Below are positions 1-12,495 of a stretch of DNA of 64,000 bases, piece by piece. Source of the DNA: Klebsormidium nitens. Lineage: Eukaryota > Plantae > Klebsormidiophyceae. Both the position numbers and the translations under genes were made by a program. Position 1 is the first letter of the stretch. Every line of letters starts with the position of its first letter. Location of the stretch: the NCBI GenBank assembly GCA_000708835.1, contig DF237202.1, positions 1 through 64,000 of the forward strand, given 5' to 3'. A model generated the notes under the pieces. That model searched no databases. It saw only the letters and a list, made by a program, of their open reading frames with translations, and had not been told where the DNA came from.

Positions 1-1500
1 CGTTACACACAGAGCAGTTAGAGTCGACGTCCACTTTGAAGGCAAGAACGTCACCCTGTAAAGCAAGTGGAAAGTTCAAAGGGTTTTGCTGTTGATCCTT
101 GCAGCGGTGCGTGTTGGCCTGGAGAGATCTGACCTTTCTGATGGTGACTTTCTTGTGCAACAAAGATATTCTTCAAGAATCTTGAGAAACATGGGTTGTT
201 TCGAGATTCATTCCGCTGGCTGTCTCCCAGATAATTTGACTCTTCTTAAGGCACTTGAACACCTCCGTGTGATCTAGCCCTTACTAAGACCCTCTCAGGC
301 ATCCTTGCAGCAGATCATCTGTCTGAAACATTGTACGTTTGCCCATACACCCCAGTTATGGCAAACCCAACACGAATCGACTACAACGGACAACAGAAAC
401 TGCCCTTCACATGTAGAGTGAATATTCAGGTAGATGCATATACAATTAGAGAAAGAAGCGACGAATGGTTAAGGTGCGCTGGTCAGTGTCGATCTGCAAT
501 CTTACCGCAGATAGGCCCCCTCCGTAGCGTGCGACATACACCCAAACTGCGTCAACTGCCGCGGGAGTCATCTGTTTGACGGGACAAACAGAACACTGCC
601 CATCAGTATTCTACTTTGCCTTGATTGATAAGTCTGAAGCTACTGGACTCAAAATCGGTGTGCCCCCATGATCTGGAGAGAAGTGGACCCTAATCTGCTC
701 TGTTTAATTATAGCTGTTTGTGAAATTCCTAGGGGGTCAGTGGTTTAGGACGCTTCCCTTCCTTCCAAGTTAGGAAGGCTCGCTGAGTCTTACAAGGAGA
801 ATTTGGGCACTTGCTTTGCTGAGTTTTGAGGAGACCTATGCATCGTAAGGTGGGGCCTGTTTGACAAAGAGAAGGTGAGATACCAGGGAGATACCAAAGC
901 GCCTGCTTGCTTGCTTGCTTGCCGTTTAACGGTATGCCTGACAGAAGATATTGGCAGGACACCGAAACACAACAAGAGGAAACGGGGAGACAGTATCGCC
1001 TAATACTGGGGAGTTCTCCCAGTGCCCACTGTGCTGAAAAGCAAAGGTTCTTCAAATTACAGCCATGGTTTCCACATGCATAGGCTGAACCCCTTGTTAT
1101 TCACCTCGGGCTGAATGCCCCATACTATGATTAGCACAGGTAGATACACACTGGGTGGAAGTCTGCTTACGTAACATGAGTGTCAAACTCTAAGGGTTAA
1201 GCTCGTCACTTGTTAAGCTTGCACTGCATGTTTGGAGCCAGTGGCACGCATTTCACTGATTCTCATGCCTCTGTTGAACAGTTGAGTGCAGTCCTTAAAT
1301 TCAGGCCAGGTCCTCTAACCCATTTGCTGGCGCTTTTAACGGCAGACTAGCACGCAAGAAGATAAGAATCTCACCTTGGTTGGGAGTATAAATTTGAGTG
1401 GGCTGGTCGCAAAAACCCTAGACGCCACAGTCCTCCCGCCCAACTGGTTGAATGCGAGCAGACCCATTGGCTGCTCAGGCAACAGTTGGGGCTCCTCCAT
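1..1500 (-). CDS. UreD: Urease accessory protein D (5' part; gene continues beyond the left edge)
   Basis: Exons 1500-1375, 571-506 and 55-<1 with GT-AG boundaries, all phase 0. Spliced product MEEPQLLPEQPMGLLAFNQLGGRTVASRVFATSPLKFILPTK-MTPAAVDAVWVYVARYGGGLSA-GDVLAFKVDVDSNCSVC matches the recalled plant UreD N-terminus (VGGRS..TSCFSKYPLKFL; DVVWIY..TYGGGIVSGD). Confidence 0.88.
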
Positions 1501-3158
1501 TCTAGTTCTCCCGCTGTGCACTGTGAAGGAATTCACACAATGTTTCAGCAACGAGGCTGAGGAGGAGGATAACTTGCATACCTGGGTCAGCGTAGAAAAT
1601 GGAAGAGCAGTAAAGGAAAGAAGAAGAGGGATGAAAACCCACTCTATGAATATCCTGAAGACAAAATCTTTGGCCGGGCAGCCAAATCAAGCCAAGCCTC
1701 TGGTTGACAACACTCCACTGACTGGAGGAATGAAAATCAGAAGGCTCAGAACTAGAAGGGTTCCTTGCAAAAGGTGGTTCAATCCGATGAAGCGGATGCA
1801 ACCAGTGTGGCTAGTGCGGATTCTCTGTTTCAGGAAGGGATAGATTGAGTCCGGTTACGCACAGGGGTTTGGCTAAGACTCTGGAACCTTGTCCTAATGG
1901 GCAACCGTTTTGTCAAGGAGAGGTGTGAGAACGAGCACAGTTGATTGACCCAGCTCCTAGGGGAAGCTTAGATTCACAGGCAACCAGATTGGCTGCATTT
2001 CCAAGTAACAGCAAGGTTAGTCAGCTTTTCAACGAGGCTCTTGAACCTGCTCACTGCCGTTACGTAGACCACCCTTGTCTGGGGCATTGAATTTGGATGA
2101 AATAGTGTCCCAGCATAAATTTTAGTGAAAATGGAGGCTTCAGAAAGGGCTCCAAAACTCACCAAAAAACCGTGACTGACCAGCTGCAAGCTTATCCTTG
2201 CTTCCGCAGGTTTGCAGATTCCAGGGGGGATAAGAACCACGTAATCAGGCTGCTGCAAAAAGGTGGATTATTGAGTAAAGGCCCAACGGTATGATAATAA
2301 TACTATGCTGATCACGAAACTCAGCGCCTGTGACACTTAGCTGGTATGAGAAAGCTTTGCTCTATCCTGCTCTGGTGGAGTTTTGAATTGCAGTGCGCTC
2401 TTTTCTGGCTTTTGGGTGGTAAGAATAATTGAGCTTTGATCGTTCTACTTCAGAGCAAAAGAGTTTACACAAGCTGTAGCAGCAGCAAAAGCCATGTAGC
2501 TACAGAACAGCTAGTTGACGAGCAACCAGGATTGTCTCCTGACCTCACTAATCGAGGCATACCATGTAGTAAGGCCTGCATCTAAGCTCTCGTGATGAGA
2601 TATTGGGGAAGATGAATTAGCTAGTCGCTTCCTTTCTCAAAAATAGCTCTGGATTCATTCCAAATAATCTATCTTTGCTTGCAAGTGGATTGAGGCCCCT
2701 AAATTAGCAGCAAGAACTCATCCAGGGCGAAGGGGAAAGCTATCCAAGTAAGCTTACCCATTAATTGAGGTGGAACCAGCATATCGATCGCGAGCTAGTA
2801 GTAAATGCACGGAGATGGATTGAAGGGGATGAGTCACCAGCTAGGAAAATGATGAAGGCACATACCGTTTGCGGTCATTCCGGCGGTGGTCAGCTGAAAG
2901 CTGCGTGAGCTGCTGGCCGCCGACTCAGGCGCCGATCCTTCTCTTTGTGTTTGGGGCGCCACATACAGTCGTGGATAGTCAAACCCGTCGTGTTGACCAA
3001 AATAAACTAGGTATTACGATGCAAAGTGAGCTGGGACTGAAACGAGCTAGCTCTCTAGCTGGGTCGATCGTTGCTTTCCAAGGGGTTTCCAAGGTCAGCT
3101 GCAAAACGGTAATTTAAATTGTCGAAGAGCAAACCCCCGCAGCGCATTCGAGGTTACA

Positions 3159-3948
3159 GTACAAGACCCTCAAGAGTCGATTGAAGTCATGCTAATTTCT
3201 GTCCATGTACTGCAGGGCTCCTCTTGAAGTTTGAAAGCATCAAAAGTGGGCGGGTTTCAAGATTCCGTGACTAGGTACCGGACGTACTGGTACAGTGATA
3301 ATGACTGGATTATTAGCCACATCGGCGACAGCTAGGCTCGCACGTACATGCTCAGAAAAAGGATAACGGTAGTTCCTCCGGACTCCACCAGTTCGGGAGT
3401 TGTTACCTGCCAGTAGGTACCGTATGACCGTATTCTACGTACCTATGCTCATTTTGTTATTGAGAAGTGCAGACTGCACACTGCAAACAGTTTGCTCCCA
3501 AAGCACCTACGGGTACGTATGAGCACTGAGCAGAACATGTACAGCATTGGCTGAAACAGACTCTTGGTGCAATGGTGCTGGGTACCAATGTACCAGGTAC
3601 GGTACACAATGCTAGTAGGTAGTGCATGCGACTGGTGGCAAGTAACTGCCGCTTATGTACTGGCACCTCATAATGATTGACATTGCAGAAAAGGGTATCT
3701 CGAGCTCGAACGAATTAATTCAAGCCTGTACGCATCCTCCTACACATAAACAGACCGTGCAATTGCCGTACCGTAAATGCCGTACCGTAGTTTGTTGCTG
3801 GTTTGTTACAAACTTGTCGGGACTCGGAAGTTGGAACCTTTACTAGGTCCTAGGCTTTAGGCTTCGAAGTTTAGGTCAGTCACGGTGCTGCTGATAGCAC
3901 CACCGCGCGCGCGCGCGTTGACTCTCGGAATAGGACCTAGGTAGGTAC
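3159..3948. promoter_or_regulatory. GTAC-dense intergenic tract upstream of UreD
   Basis: I counted 19 GTAC tetramers in about 790 bp; about 3 are expected at equal base frequencies. A regulatory role is inference only. Confidence 0.3.
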
Positions 3949-5324
3949 CATTACAACGTATATACCAGGCTACCTCCGTGAGGCGCATATAGCCTCATAG
4001 GTATCTAGATAAGAATTCCGACGTCCGGATGGCAAATTGGGGAATATTTCTGAAGTCTCCGGGTGCAGCCAGCTAGAAATGGAACGGGTGCTTACCTGCC
4101 AGAACGTTTTCAAAGTCTCCATTGGGCCAATTAAATGGCAGGCTTCAACTTTAAGTTAGCCAAATCATTGCTTGCATGATCGATGCTGATATGCTGCTTC
4201 GAGCCGGAACGTCGGTTCAGACTCGTCTCAGATTAAACTGCATATTAAGCTAGTGACATGTCAGGCATTTGATGGCCTGCAATTGTTAAGGTAACTTTCA
4301 TAAATGACAAGTACGTACCTTCAAGAAGTTCTGAGAAACCTGCGGGGAACAGCTGCAGGGTGCAGATGATGCTCAGTTATCTGCAAAAGTCTGACTCCCA
4401 GATCATATCTGCCGATGCCGTTGAATGCGGCCTAAAGTGATAAAGTTTTCGAGTGTAGAAATCAACACTAGTGACTCCCATCTTGCACGTAGGGCCGCCG
4501 TGCGGGCGGCCGCTGATTTCGGTGGTCAATCAGTATGCCACCAGTAGCTAGCTAGTCGCGCGGCGGGCCCGAGGCTCTTCTTGAAGTCGTCAATGCAGCG
4601 AGTCCCGCGCCCGGTATGGGCAGGGCGGGTATACCGTATAGGACTTCATTCATGTTACGTGAGTCACAACACCGGGCCGCGCCACGTGCAGCCAGTGCCG
4701 GTGATTCATTCTATATATAGGTTGCGTGTTCCCAGCTTCGTAGGACTTTTCCCAGCTTTAGTAGAACCTTTCTTAGGATTGGTTGACATGTTGCAGCTCA
4801 ACATCAATTGGTGCGCTTCTGGAGTCACAAAAGCTGGGCTTGTGCAAATATGCAGTGACTCGAGCAACCTGGCAATTGGTAGAAGCAGCCATTTGTCCGA
4901 GATGCTACAATCGTGGGTTCGAACTTCCAGTGTACGTCCCTTCATGCAGCCCAGTATGTTTGTCTTCTCAGCCCCCTCAAAACGAGATCCAAGCAACTCT
5001 TCAAAGAATCGACAGCAGACATCAAGCGGTGGCGACTATCATGAGTGACAAATCTCGTGTAGCTTCTTTTCTTCAGCTAGCAAACCTGACACCAGTCTCT
5101 CGCTCGCAGCCTGTCGCGGTGATCCCGTTTTCCCTCGCAACAAAGCTCGCGAGCTTGTGCCTGTGATCATGTCGATCCCACACGAACCCGTTCTGATACT
5201 CGTATGATTGTCTTATGCTTGCTATCAATCGCTTCGACCCGGACACTCACCCGACTCCTATCAATCGTACAACTGATGACGCGAGGCGTCAGCAGATCAG
5301 ACGGCGGGTTCCCTCTTTATGTTT

Positions 5325-5650
5325 TTGAAAACGGAGGGCTTCTCACTCACACGAAATGTAAGGCGGTATTCCTGGCAGCCAATCAGACTGTGTCTTTATT
5401 TTGGCAGTAATCTCCTCTCCTCTTTCAAAATTGGAAGGCTTTTTGGCTCCTACCCGGTGTAGTCTGCGTTTTGTAATCTCCGTACCCAAAACTGGAGGGC
5501 TCGGAGACTACCACCCGCTCACAAGACCCGTGAAACGCCGCAACTCTAGTTACAATGAAGTTGGATTACTTTGCGGGTTTGAACTCAAAGCTGGAGGGCT
5601 CGGCAGCTACGACCCGCTCGCAGAATCCGTGGAACGCCGCGACTTTGTCC
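5325..5650. repeat. Degenerate ~95-bp tandem copies of the bestrophin last coding segment
   Basis: Coding sequence ctggagggctcggcagctacgacccgctc (5591-5619) is echoed as ctggagggctcggagactaccacccgctc (~5492-5520), with weaker echoes near 5430 and 5330. Confidence 0.7.
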
Positions 5651-8600
5651 AGAATGGGGATGTCCGTTTCGTCCGCGCCGAAAGGGTCCGCGAGCGCGTT
5701 GGACAGCTCGCGCAGTCCGAGGGTAACTAGAGCGGTGAGGGCGAAGGGAACGAGGCTGTAGAAGTAGGACAGGGAGATCTGCGAGCAGAAGAAGAACGCG
5801 TCGTTAGTTTGGCGCGTCGTCAACCGCGCTTCGCAGTTTGAAAGGTTCTAGCTTGGATCTTCGAGAAGGGAGGTTGACGGAAATTTCACTGAAAGAAAAG
5901 CAAAGGGACGGAGATTGTGATTAAGCAAGCTGTGCAGGACGGACGAACAGAAAGGAATGGACCCGCAAAAGACAGGAGGAACGACGAGACGCGACGAAAG
6001 GAAAGCAATCGAAGCAAATAGGACAGGCAAAAAGGACGGGAACAAACGGAGTGGATTGTGAGAGACCAGATGAAAATGACCGGAAAGAACGGAGCAGAAC
6101 GGACGGGAGCGGACGCAAGAAACAGTGGCATGACGGACGGAACCAAACGGAAACCTCAAAGGGGGCAAAACAAACGGCTAGAAGAAGAAACAAAGAAACG
6201 GCGGAAAATGTTTCACAAGGCGGATGAATCTTACGTAGGTATAGCAGAGCAGCGCCAGGTAACCGATGGCCATGACGTTGAGAAGTTGGTAGAAGGCGAA
6301 AGGCACCTGCGAGAATTACGGATGGCTGTCTTCCGAGCGTTCAAAAGATGCTATTGAATCTTGCGGTCATCATGCGCAAATATGAGAGCGGGCAAACCGC
6401 TTCGACTCGCTCCGCTCTTTCTCCTGCTATCGAGCTTCTCAGCTTCGTTCGAACCACACGTGACCAGAAACCCTCCGATGGTTCAGTACGTGCTGCTATT
6501 CGATTGCACTCAAATTTTGCAACCTATTCTACATTGAGCGAACTTTCAAGAGCTTTTGGTAAAGGAGAAACCTGTCTGCAGAAAAACCTATCCAGAAAAG
6601 CTTCGAGCCGACTCTTTATGGCTCGACCCAACGGGCACACTGAGGCGTGAGTCGTGACTGTGGGGTTCAGGCGCCGCGTCCTCGGTTTAACCAAGACCCA
6701 AAGCACAGCGCCAGGTTGTCGAATATGGGGTTGAGACCGTGCATACGGAGCCCTGGCTCGCGCCAGGCCCAAAACCTGATGCCCGAATAGACTTTAAAGC
6801 CTCAATCCCGGCCTATGAAAATTTTGAAATTTAGAAGCAGCCTACTTACCGGCATCGCGGCGAGATTGTAGATGAGGTCAAAGTTGTTCATCATGGAGCC
6901 CTTGAACTGCGCCAGGTAGTCGTGGGAACGCTCCGAGATATGGCCTCTTGCAAACTCCCGGAATAACAAATCTTCGATCAAAAGCTCGATCTGCGCACGA
7001 GGGACAGAACGACTATGGTCACTCTTCTTTCTGGTCACAGAGATTCCTTCCTTTTTTTCAATTCTTGTGTGTGGATTTCCCCGATCGGAAGTGGAGGGAA
7101 GTGTTGCGTGACGAGATCAATTGCTAGACCCTCTGAAAAGGGCTCCGAGAGGTGGCTCTCAATCTGTCCACAGCAAACGCCTTCACCCAAGATTAGACGT
7201 GCAAAGCGAGAATACCACGACGCTTCAACTTTCCTTTTCTGTTTTCCTTCTCGATAACCAGAGTCAATGCTGATGCGCGCGCTAAGGAAGCCGGAGGTGC
7301 AGAGCTCCGTGATGTGGGCTCCTGGCATTTAAGACTTTAACTTCGACGTTTCGAGAAGCGCTAAAAAGCGGGCATTTAGGACGATCCCCTCACCTCCGGC
7401 GGATACAACACAAGACGTGGGCTCCGATTGGTGACCCTCGATTGCGTCCGCAAAAACCGTCTTCGAAGCAAGAATCGACCAACATTTCGAAACGGACTTC
7501 GAGATTGACTGCTATTCCGTTTCCTTCTTTCTTCCCTGATAATCATAATCGAAGCTGCTGAGCTTTGAAAGCCGTGAGTGCAGAACCGTTCCGAGATGTG
7601 GGCTCTTGACATCTCACTTATGACTCAAGATTAGCTTGCCTATACATCATTCCGGCTCGTTTCTCTATCATCCCAGGAGGAACTTTGTGAAAGAAGCGTC
7701 CCATTCGTCGAGATCCTGAAGAAGCAGTTCCTTTCGAAATTACGTGCTCAAGAGCGAGCAAAATGGCACCTACCTCAAGATACAAGACGGCGCTGTGGGG
7801 AAGCGCCAGCAGCTTGCCCTCCTCTTCCGGCAGCAATAAGCCCATCTTGCTGACGTGGCCAAACGCCCACTCGTGCAAGTTATTCGCCTTGTAATGCGGA
7901 AGCCACGTGAAGCCCAAGTAGAGCTGCGCCATGAGATACTTTTGGAGGCGCGTTCGGACCGCGGCCGCGTCGGGGAAAGCGCCGTCCGGAAAATGCGTAC
8001 GGATGCCCATCGCAAAGGCCGAGCTCGAGGAGAGGATCTCGCAGCACGCGGTGTATTGCTGGAAGAACCTGTAAGGGGTGTTGGTAAGAGTTAGGATTTC
8101 GCTTTGGAAACGGGTCAATCTTTCCTGATAGGATTCTTTTGAAAGTCCAAAAGTACGTTCGAACAGTCATGGCGAAGGCCGACCTTAACACGGATTTCGC
8201 AGCGGGCGGTGTATATACTGCTGGAAGAACCTACAACGGGGTCTTAGAAGGGTTGGGTTTAGCATTTTGAGACGGTCAAAATCGTTTGAAAATTCGACTG
8301 TGCTTGGCCGTTCGAAATGCGTTCAGACACTCATGGCGAAGCTTCGGATTCGGCAGACAGGATCGCCCAGCACGCGTTGGATTGCTGGAAGAATATACGA
8401 AGGCTTTCCCAAATACATTCAGCTTTGGGATCCGAATCGGGGTAATCGGACCAGGGGGACCAAACCCCACTCAGAGTGCCGGAACGATGTTCCGCGCCGT
8501 CCGATGAGCTTTTTCTTGGAATGAACGCTCCAGATTGCATCAAAAGGTGTCCCGAGCTCAGCGTGGACCCCGGTTAGCTTGTAATTGGGTCTAGTCGTTG

Positions 8601-9478
8601 TTTATTAAGTAGTTAGAGCAGTTATGCCTGATTAACTCTCCTTAAACAATCCAGAATAGCTCCTAAACCCCTTGTTGCCCCAACCCAAAATTCAAGAGTT
8701 ACAAACAAGACCCTTCGGAGGTTTGATTCCACCAATCTTCGGGTTGGGGCAATTAGAGGTATGGCTGCTGGCACATGGTTCAGGATGCAAACCCATTTAC
8801 CTGGGGCCTTTGGTCCCCCTGAATCAGACCGCTTTCTTCGGTGAGTCCTTAAGTTCGTCTGGAGCCCTTATTCGGCGAGGGCCGAGCTGGCTAAGGCGCA
8901 CGGCATGCGGTCTACTGTGGAAGCCTCGTTGGAGACGCGCGTCCAGCCCCTTTAAGATATTAGGGTTCTGAATCTCAGAAGTGAGGGTCTTTCGATGTCC
9001 TCAAAAGACCTTTGAAAGCTTCCAAAGAAACATGTGAAGCTCGCGGGCTCATGTCGCCACTCTAGCAGCTTGCAGCACAGATTCAGTGCACTGCTGATTG
9101 ACAAGACATTTCAAACCAACGAAGATTTTGAAGTGGAATCCAGACAAGTCGTACTAGAACTCACCTGTTGTAGCTTTGGGTGGTCTGGAAGACGAGGCAG
9201 AACGACACCAAGGACCCCAAGTACCCCGCATAAGTCGACGACCTTATAAACGGCCACGGGTAACCGTCCGCCGTTGCGGTGTCAACCTTGCTGTGCTGGT
9301 TGGAGACCTTATAGTAGAACACCAGCAGAAGCAGGTGAGCGGCTATGAGCCCCCAAAACGATACGCTTTGGAAGACCATTTTGATGGAGCTGGCTCCCAG
9401 ATGGAAAAGGAGACGGATGGGGTGCTCTGCCTCGTAGATGAACGTGGCCCGGGGAATCGGCAGTAAAGGTGCTCGACG
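5566..9478 (-). CDS. Bestrophin family ion channel (YneE/VCCN/UPF0187 type); 5' end unresolved
   Basis: Exons ~9478-9165, 8068-7774, 6990-6850, 6306-6235 and 5778-5566 (stop TAA), with consistent phases. Motifs LVSFCLVFQTTQSYNRFFQQY, AAMPVPFAFYQLL and LRELSNALADPFGADETDIP fit the bestrophin LVFRTN.SYDRW, P.PFAY and DPFG.D..D.P motifs. The open frame extends upstream of Met 9379 to about 9478, so further 5' exons are possible, perhaps up to ~10530. Confidence 0.82.
7125..7620. repeat. Intronic degenerate copies of the bestrophin HISER exon segment
   Basis: Exon sequence cgctccgagatatggcctctt (6929-6949) is echoed at ~7139, ~7304, ~7410 and ~7589 inside the intron. Confidence 0.55.
8170..8410. 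repeat. Intronic copies of the bestrophin exon 8068 acceptor edge
   Basis: gcggtgtattgctggaagaacctgtaagggg (8048-8078) is echoed as gcggtgtatatactgctggaagaacctacaacgggg (~8207-8241) and ggattgctggaagaata (~8379-8395). Confidence 0.7.
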
Positions 9479-11133
9479 CTTTCAGAATGTTTAGATTCAA
9501 GGACTCCCTTTAGGGTTAGGTATTCTGTCTTGACGCCAAAGGAAGAAGGATGAGTGACGTTTTCTGAATGCTGAAAGACATGTCAGGTGACAAAGCTTTG
9601 CAGAGGAGCTTTTGACATTTGGGTACTCTCTGCCAGTGGTCAAGCTAACCCTATTTGCCTACTTACCGTATTTGCCTACTTACCGGGAAGCTTCTATTTG
9701 ACTGACAGACTAAGATACGACAGAGACAGTCAATCAGCTGACTGAGTTGCCATCTATTGAAGTTCCACAAATTAAGGCCTTAGGTTCCGAGTTGTGAGGC
9801 TGGCTAGCTATCTGAACACCTTCACGCGGTGAAAAGTGGTCTATAAGCAGGAAGGGTGGGAAGTCCACCAGTTCATTGGATCGTTTCTCCTCCTGCTCTG
9901 GGCCTTCGAAAGCTGCACATGACACTTGAGCGGCAGGCCGGCCAAAGGCTCCAGTCAACTGTCCAGCGCTTGCCGCACTATGCAACATTATCAAAGGGCT
10001 ATAAACCTGCCTCAGTGGACCAATTAATTGGTATCAACTCAAAGGAAATACTGGTTCTGAAGCCTCCGGAGTCCTGTAAAAGCATTGCCGTCAGAACAAA
10101 GAGCTCTTCTTTCATGGTTTTACTCGAAAATGCAGACTTAGAGGGCTGCTTGTCAACTTGGGAGAAATAGTGAAGCTTACACAAGGACTGACGAGCTAGC
10201 TAGGGCAGCTCAAAAGGGTGAGTGCTTGAAGGACTTGAGACACTGGAAGGGACCGAGACTTGGAACATGATTGTTTCAACTCACGAGATTTGCTTGCTTG
10301 AGAGGAATGAGCGCCGCCTCATAAGGACTTGGCTCCTGGAAACCGCTCAACTCCTTTCCTTGTGGCTTGCCAAAAAGGGTCGCCCCCGCCAGTCTGACGT
10401 CATCATCCCCCAACCCTGGCGTCACCGCGCCCTTTGTGGGAAGCGCAGCTAGGTGGTACATATCAATGGCGCTTTGATGGGGTCTCTCAACTTCAGACAC
10501 GGCTTCTCCGTGGTGTGCTTTTGCGTCCATTCTTGGAATTTTGAAACAAGTTGCTGCTTCTAGTGGCAGCTGCTCAATTCTTGTCACAATAACTGCACAC
10601 TTGGCGACCGCGTCGTTTGAAATCTTTCCTTCCTAGTCACAGCGCCTCCAGCTTAAGTTTGGAATGCTGCAGATGGTTAACTAAGCCACTAGCTATGCAA
10701 CGTAAGAGGGGTCTCTCTTCCTCCAAGGAATGCCAACTTTGAGCTGCAGCTAGCTTGCACTTGGCAAAAACCAGCTTAATTGCTCCTCTGCTGTGAAAAA
10801 GAAACTCGATGTCGAAGGCAGAGCTAGAGAATTCAGAATATATGGGAACGAAAAAACTGAATCAGCTGATGATTACAACTCTCCTTCAGTTTCACGCAAA
10901 TCTTAATAGCTTACCTGAGTACCAGTACGCTATCCCAATATTGGGCGCCTTAAAATCAGGCTGAGATTCGGCATTCCGACGATGATGCTCTTCAAGCAGT
11001 TTTGGACGTTGAGATTCAAATGATTCCCAGCCGGGCCTGGCAAATTGCAAGCTGCAACCACAATACCGTATCCCTTGCAGTCAGGCCGCGTGGAACCTAA
11101 ACCTTGAAATGACGAATTCATATCATGCACTTG

Positions 11134-11651
11134 GTACTAGCTACCTTGGTACTCTTGCAGCTTCCCTGCAGCTCTAGTGTTTCCTTACCTACCGTACGAG
11201 GCGATTATCCGGTACCTGCTGTTGTGGTTGCAGCTGGAAGACTCATTAGAATTTGAGGCTGTGCCTCCTCGGCCTCCAGCCTCCAGGGTATCTGGAAACA
11301 TGAGCTGGCAAAGCATGTGAAAATAGCAATTAATTCAGCTCTCTGTGGCTCCAACCGCTACCCATAGAATGTGGATCCGTGCCAGATTAACTACTACCGG
11401 CCCCCGGGCCGGCTGCCAGCTATATCTGTGCTCCGCTCGTATAGCTGACTCGTATTACCTACTGCCGTTGAGTACCTACCTAGGTACTACGGTACGTGTA
11501 CTACCGTACCTCCAGCCTAGTCCAGCAGTGCATTGTCCTTTGTCCATTATCCACGTCGGACGAAGAAGGGAGGTAGTATCCGACGAAGATAGTAGGTACT
11601 GTAGCTAAGACCTAGTTAGTAGGTACCATGCCTACTTGGTACCTTGTGTAC
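11134..11651. promoter_or_regulatory. GTAC-dense tract between the divergent bestrophin and DUR3 genes
   Basis: I counted 13 GTAC tetramers in about 520 bp, 0.85-1.4 kb upstream of the DUR3 ATG. A regulatory role is inference only. Confidence 0.3.
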
Positions 11652-12495
11652 ATTCAATCTTGCATGATTGGCCCGACTTCGCATACGTCACCAAATTTCT
11701 TCCACAGCTTAGAATTAATTTGCTGCCAGATCCCTGGGTCAAGTTTCAACGAACTGGGACTCGGAGGCTTCACAACCCATTGAAGGCTTCAATGCAATGG
11801 CAGTGCTGCTCAGACTTCCGTCCTCACTGCTCATGAGTGCTAGCGGTCGCCCTTCAGTAACGGCACCGCAGAGTGAAGAAGCGATGAAGAGTGGCGGCCC
11901 CGTTCCACGTACCGTGCCACACTGCCAATGTTGGTGAGAGCGGCCGGCCCCGCAGTAGTGTTGCAGCTTTACTAAGCCCGAAGTTATAGGCTATACTTCA
12001 GCTGGTTGGCTGCACCAAAGCAGATCGGGAGCGCTTCAAGCTTCAAAGGTAGCTGCTGAACTTTGAAGCCTTCAGCAGCTTTAGTGAAGGTACCAAAATT
12101 AAGTCAGCTCCATTCCTGCTGCACATAGTAAAGCACCACCCGTGTGGGGGCAGCCGGTCTTGCTCACTCTTACATACTTCCATTTTCGCATTTGTGCAAG
12201 TTGGCAACATCCTCTACTACTCGATCAGGACAATGCATGGGCAAGGTAGAGCAGTGAGCACCATCAGTGCCTAGGATGGTGATTTCTGTAACATTGGAAC
12301 TCAAAGAACCATTTCCGGAAGCTACTTAACAAGGAGCTGCTAAATCAAGACTAGGATGCTGGAAGCTGAGTAGCATTTTTGCCACCAGATTACTCGTGTG
12401 ATGGCATTCATCAATACGATCAGGCGCCAGCTCAAGTTCTAGCTCTAGCTTTATTCCAACAACAGTGCGCCTTAGGAGCTGCCTGATCTGCCACC

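Noticed and set aside
3904-3917. (CG)7 run
   Set aside because: It is a short microsatellite with nothing beyond theoretical Z-DNA potential.
4581-5166. Overlapping + ORFs around a TATA-like tatatata at ~4712
   Set aside because: There is no family motif or splice structure, and the region lies in or near the bestrophin 3' region.
5848-6214. ORFs rich in Phe/Ser/Leu (-) or Lys/Arg/Gly (+)
   Set aside because: This is a pyrimidine-rich intron of the bestrophin gene; the composition is an artefact.
8675-8752. 12-bp inverted repeat in a bestrophin intron
   Set aside because: It is short, lacks a TSD or additional structure, and is plausible by chance or as an old relic.
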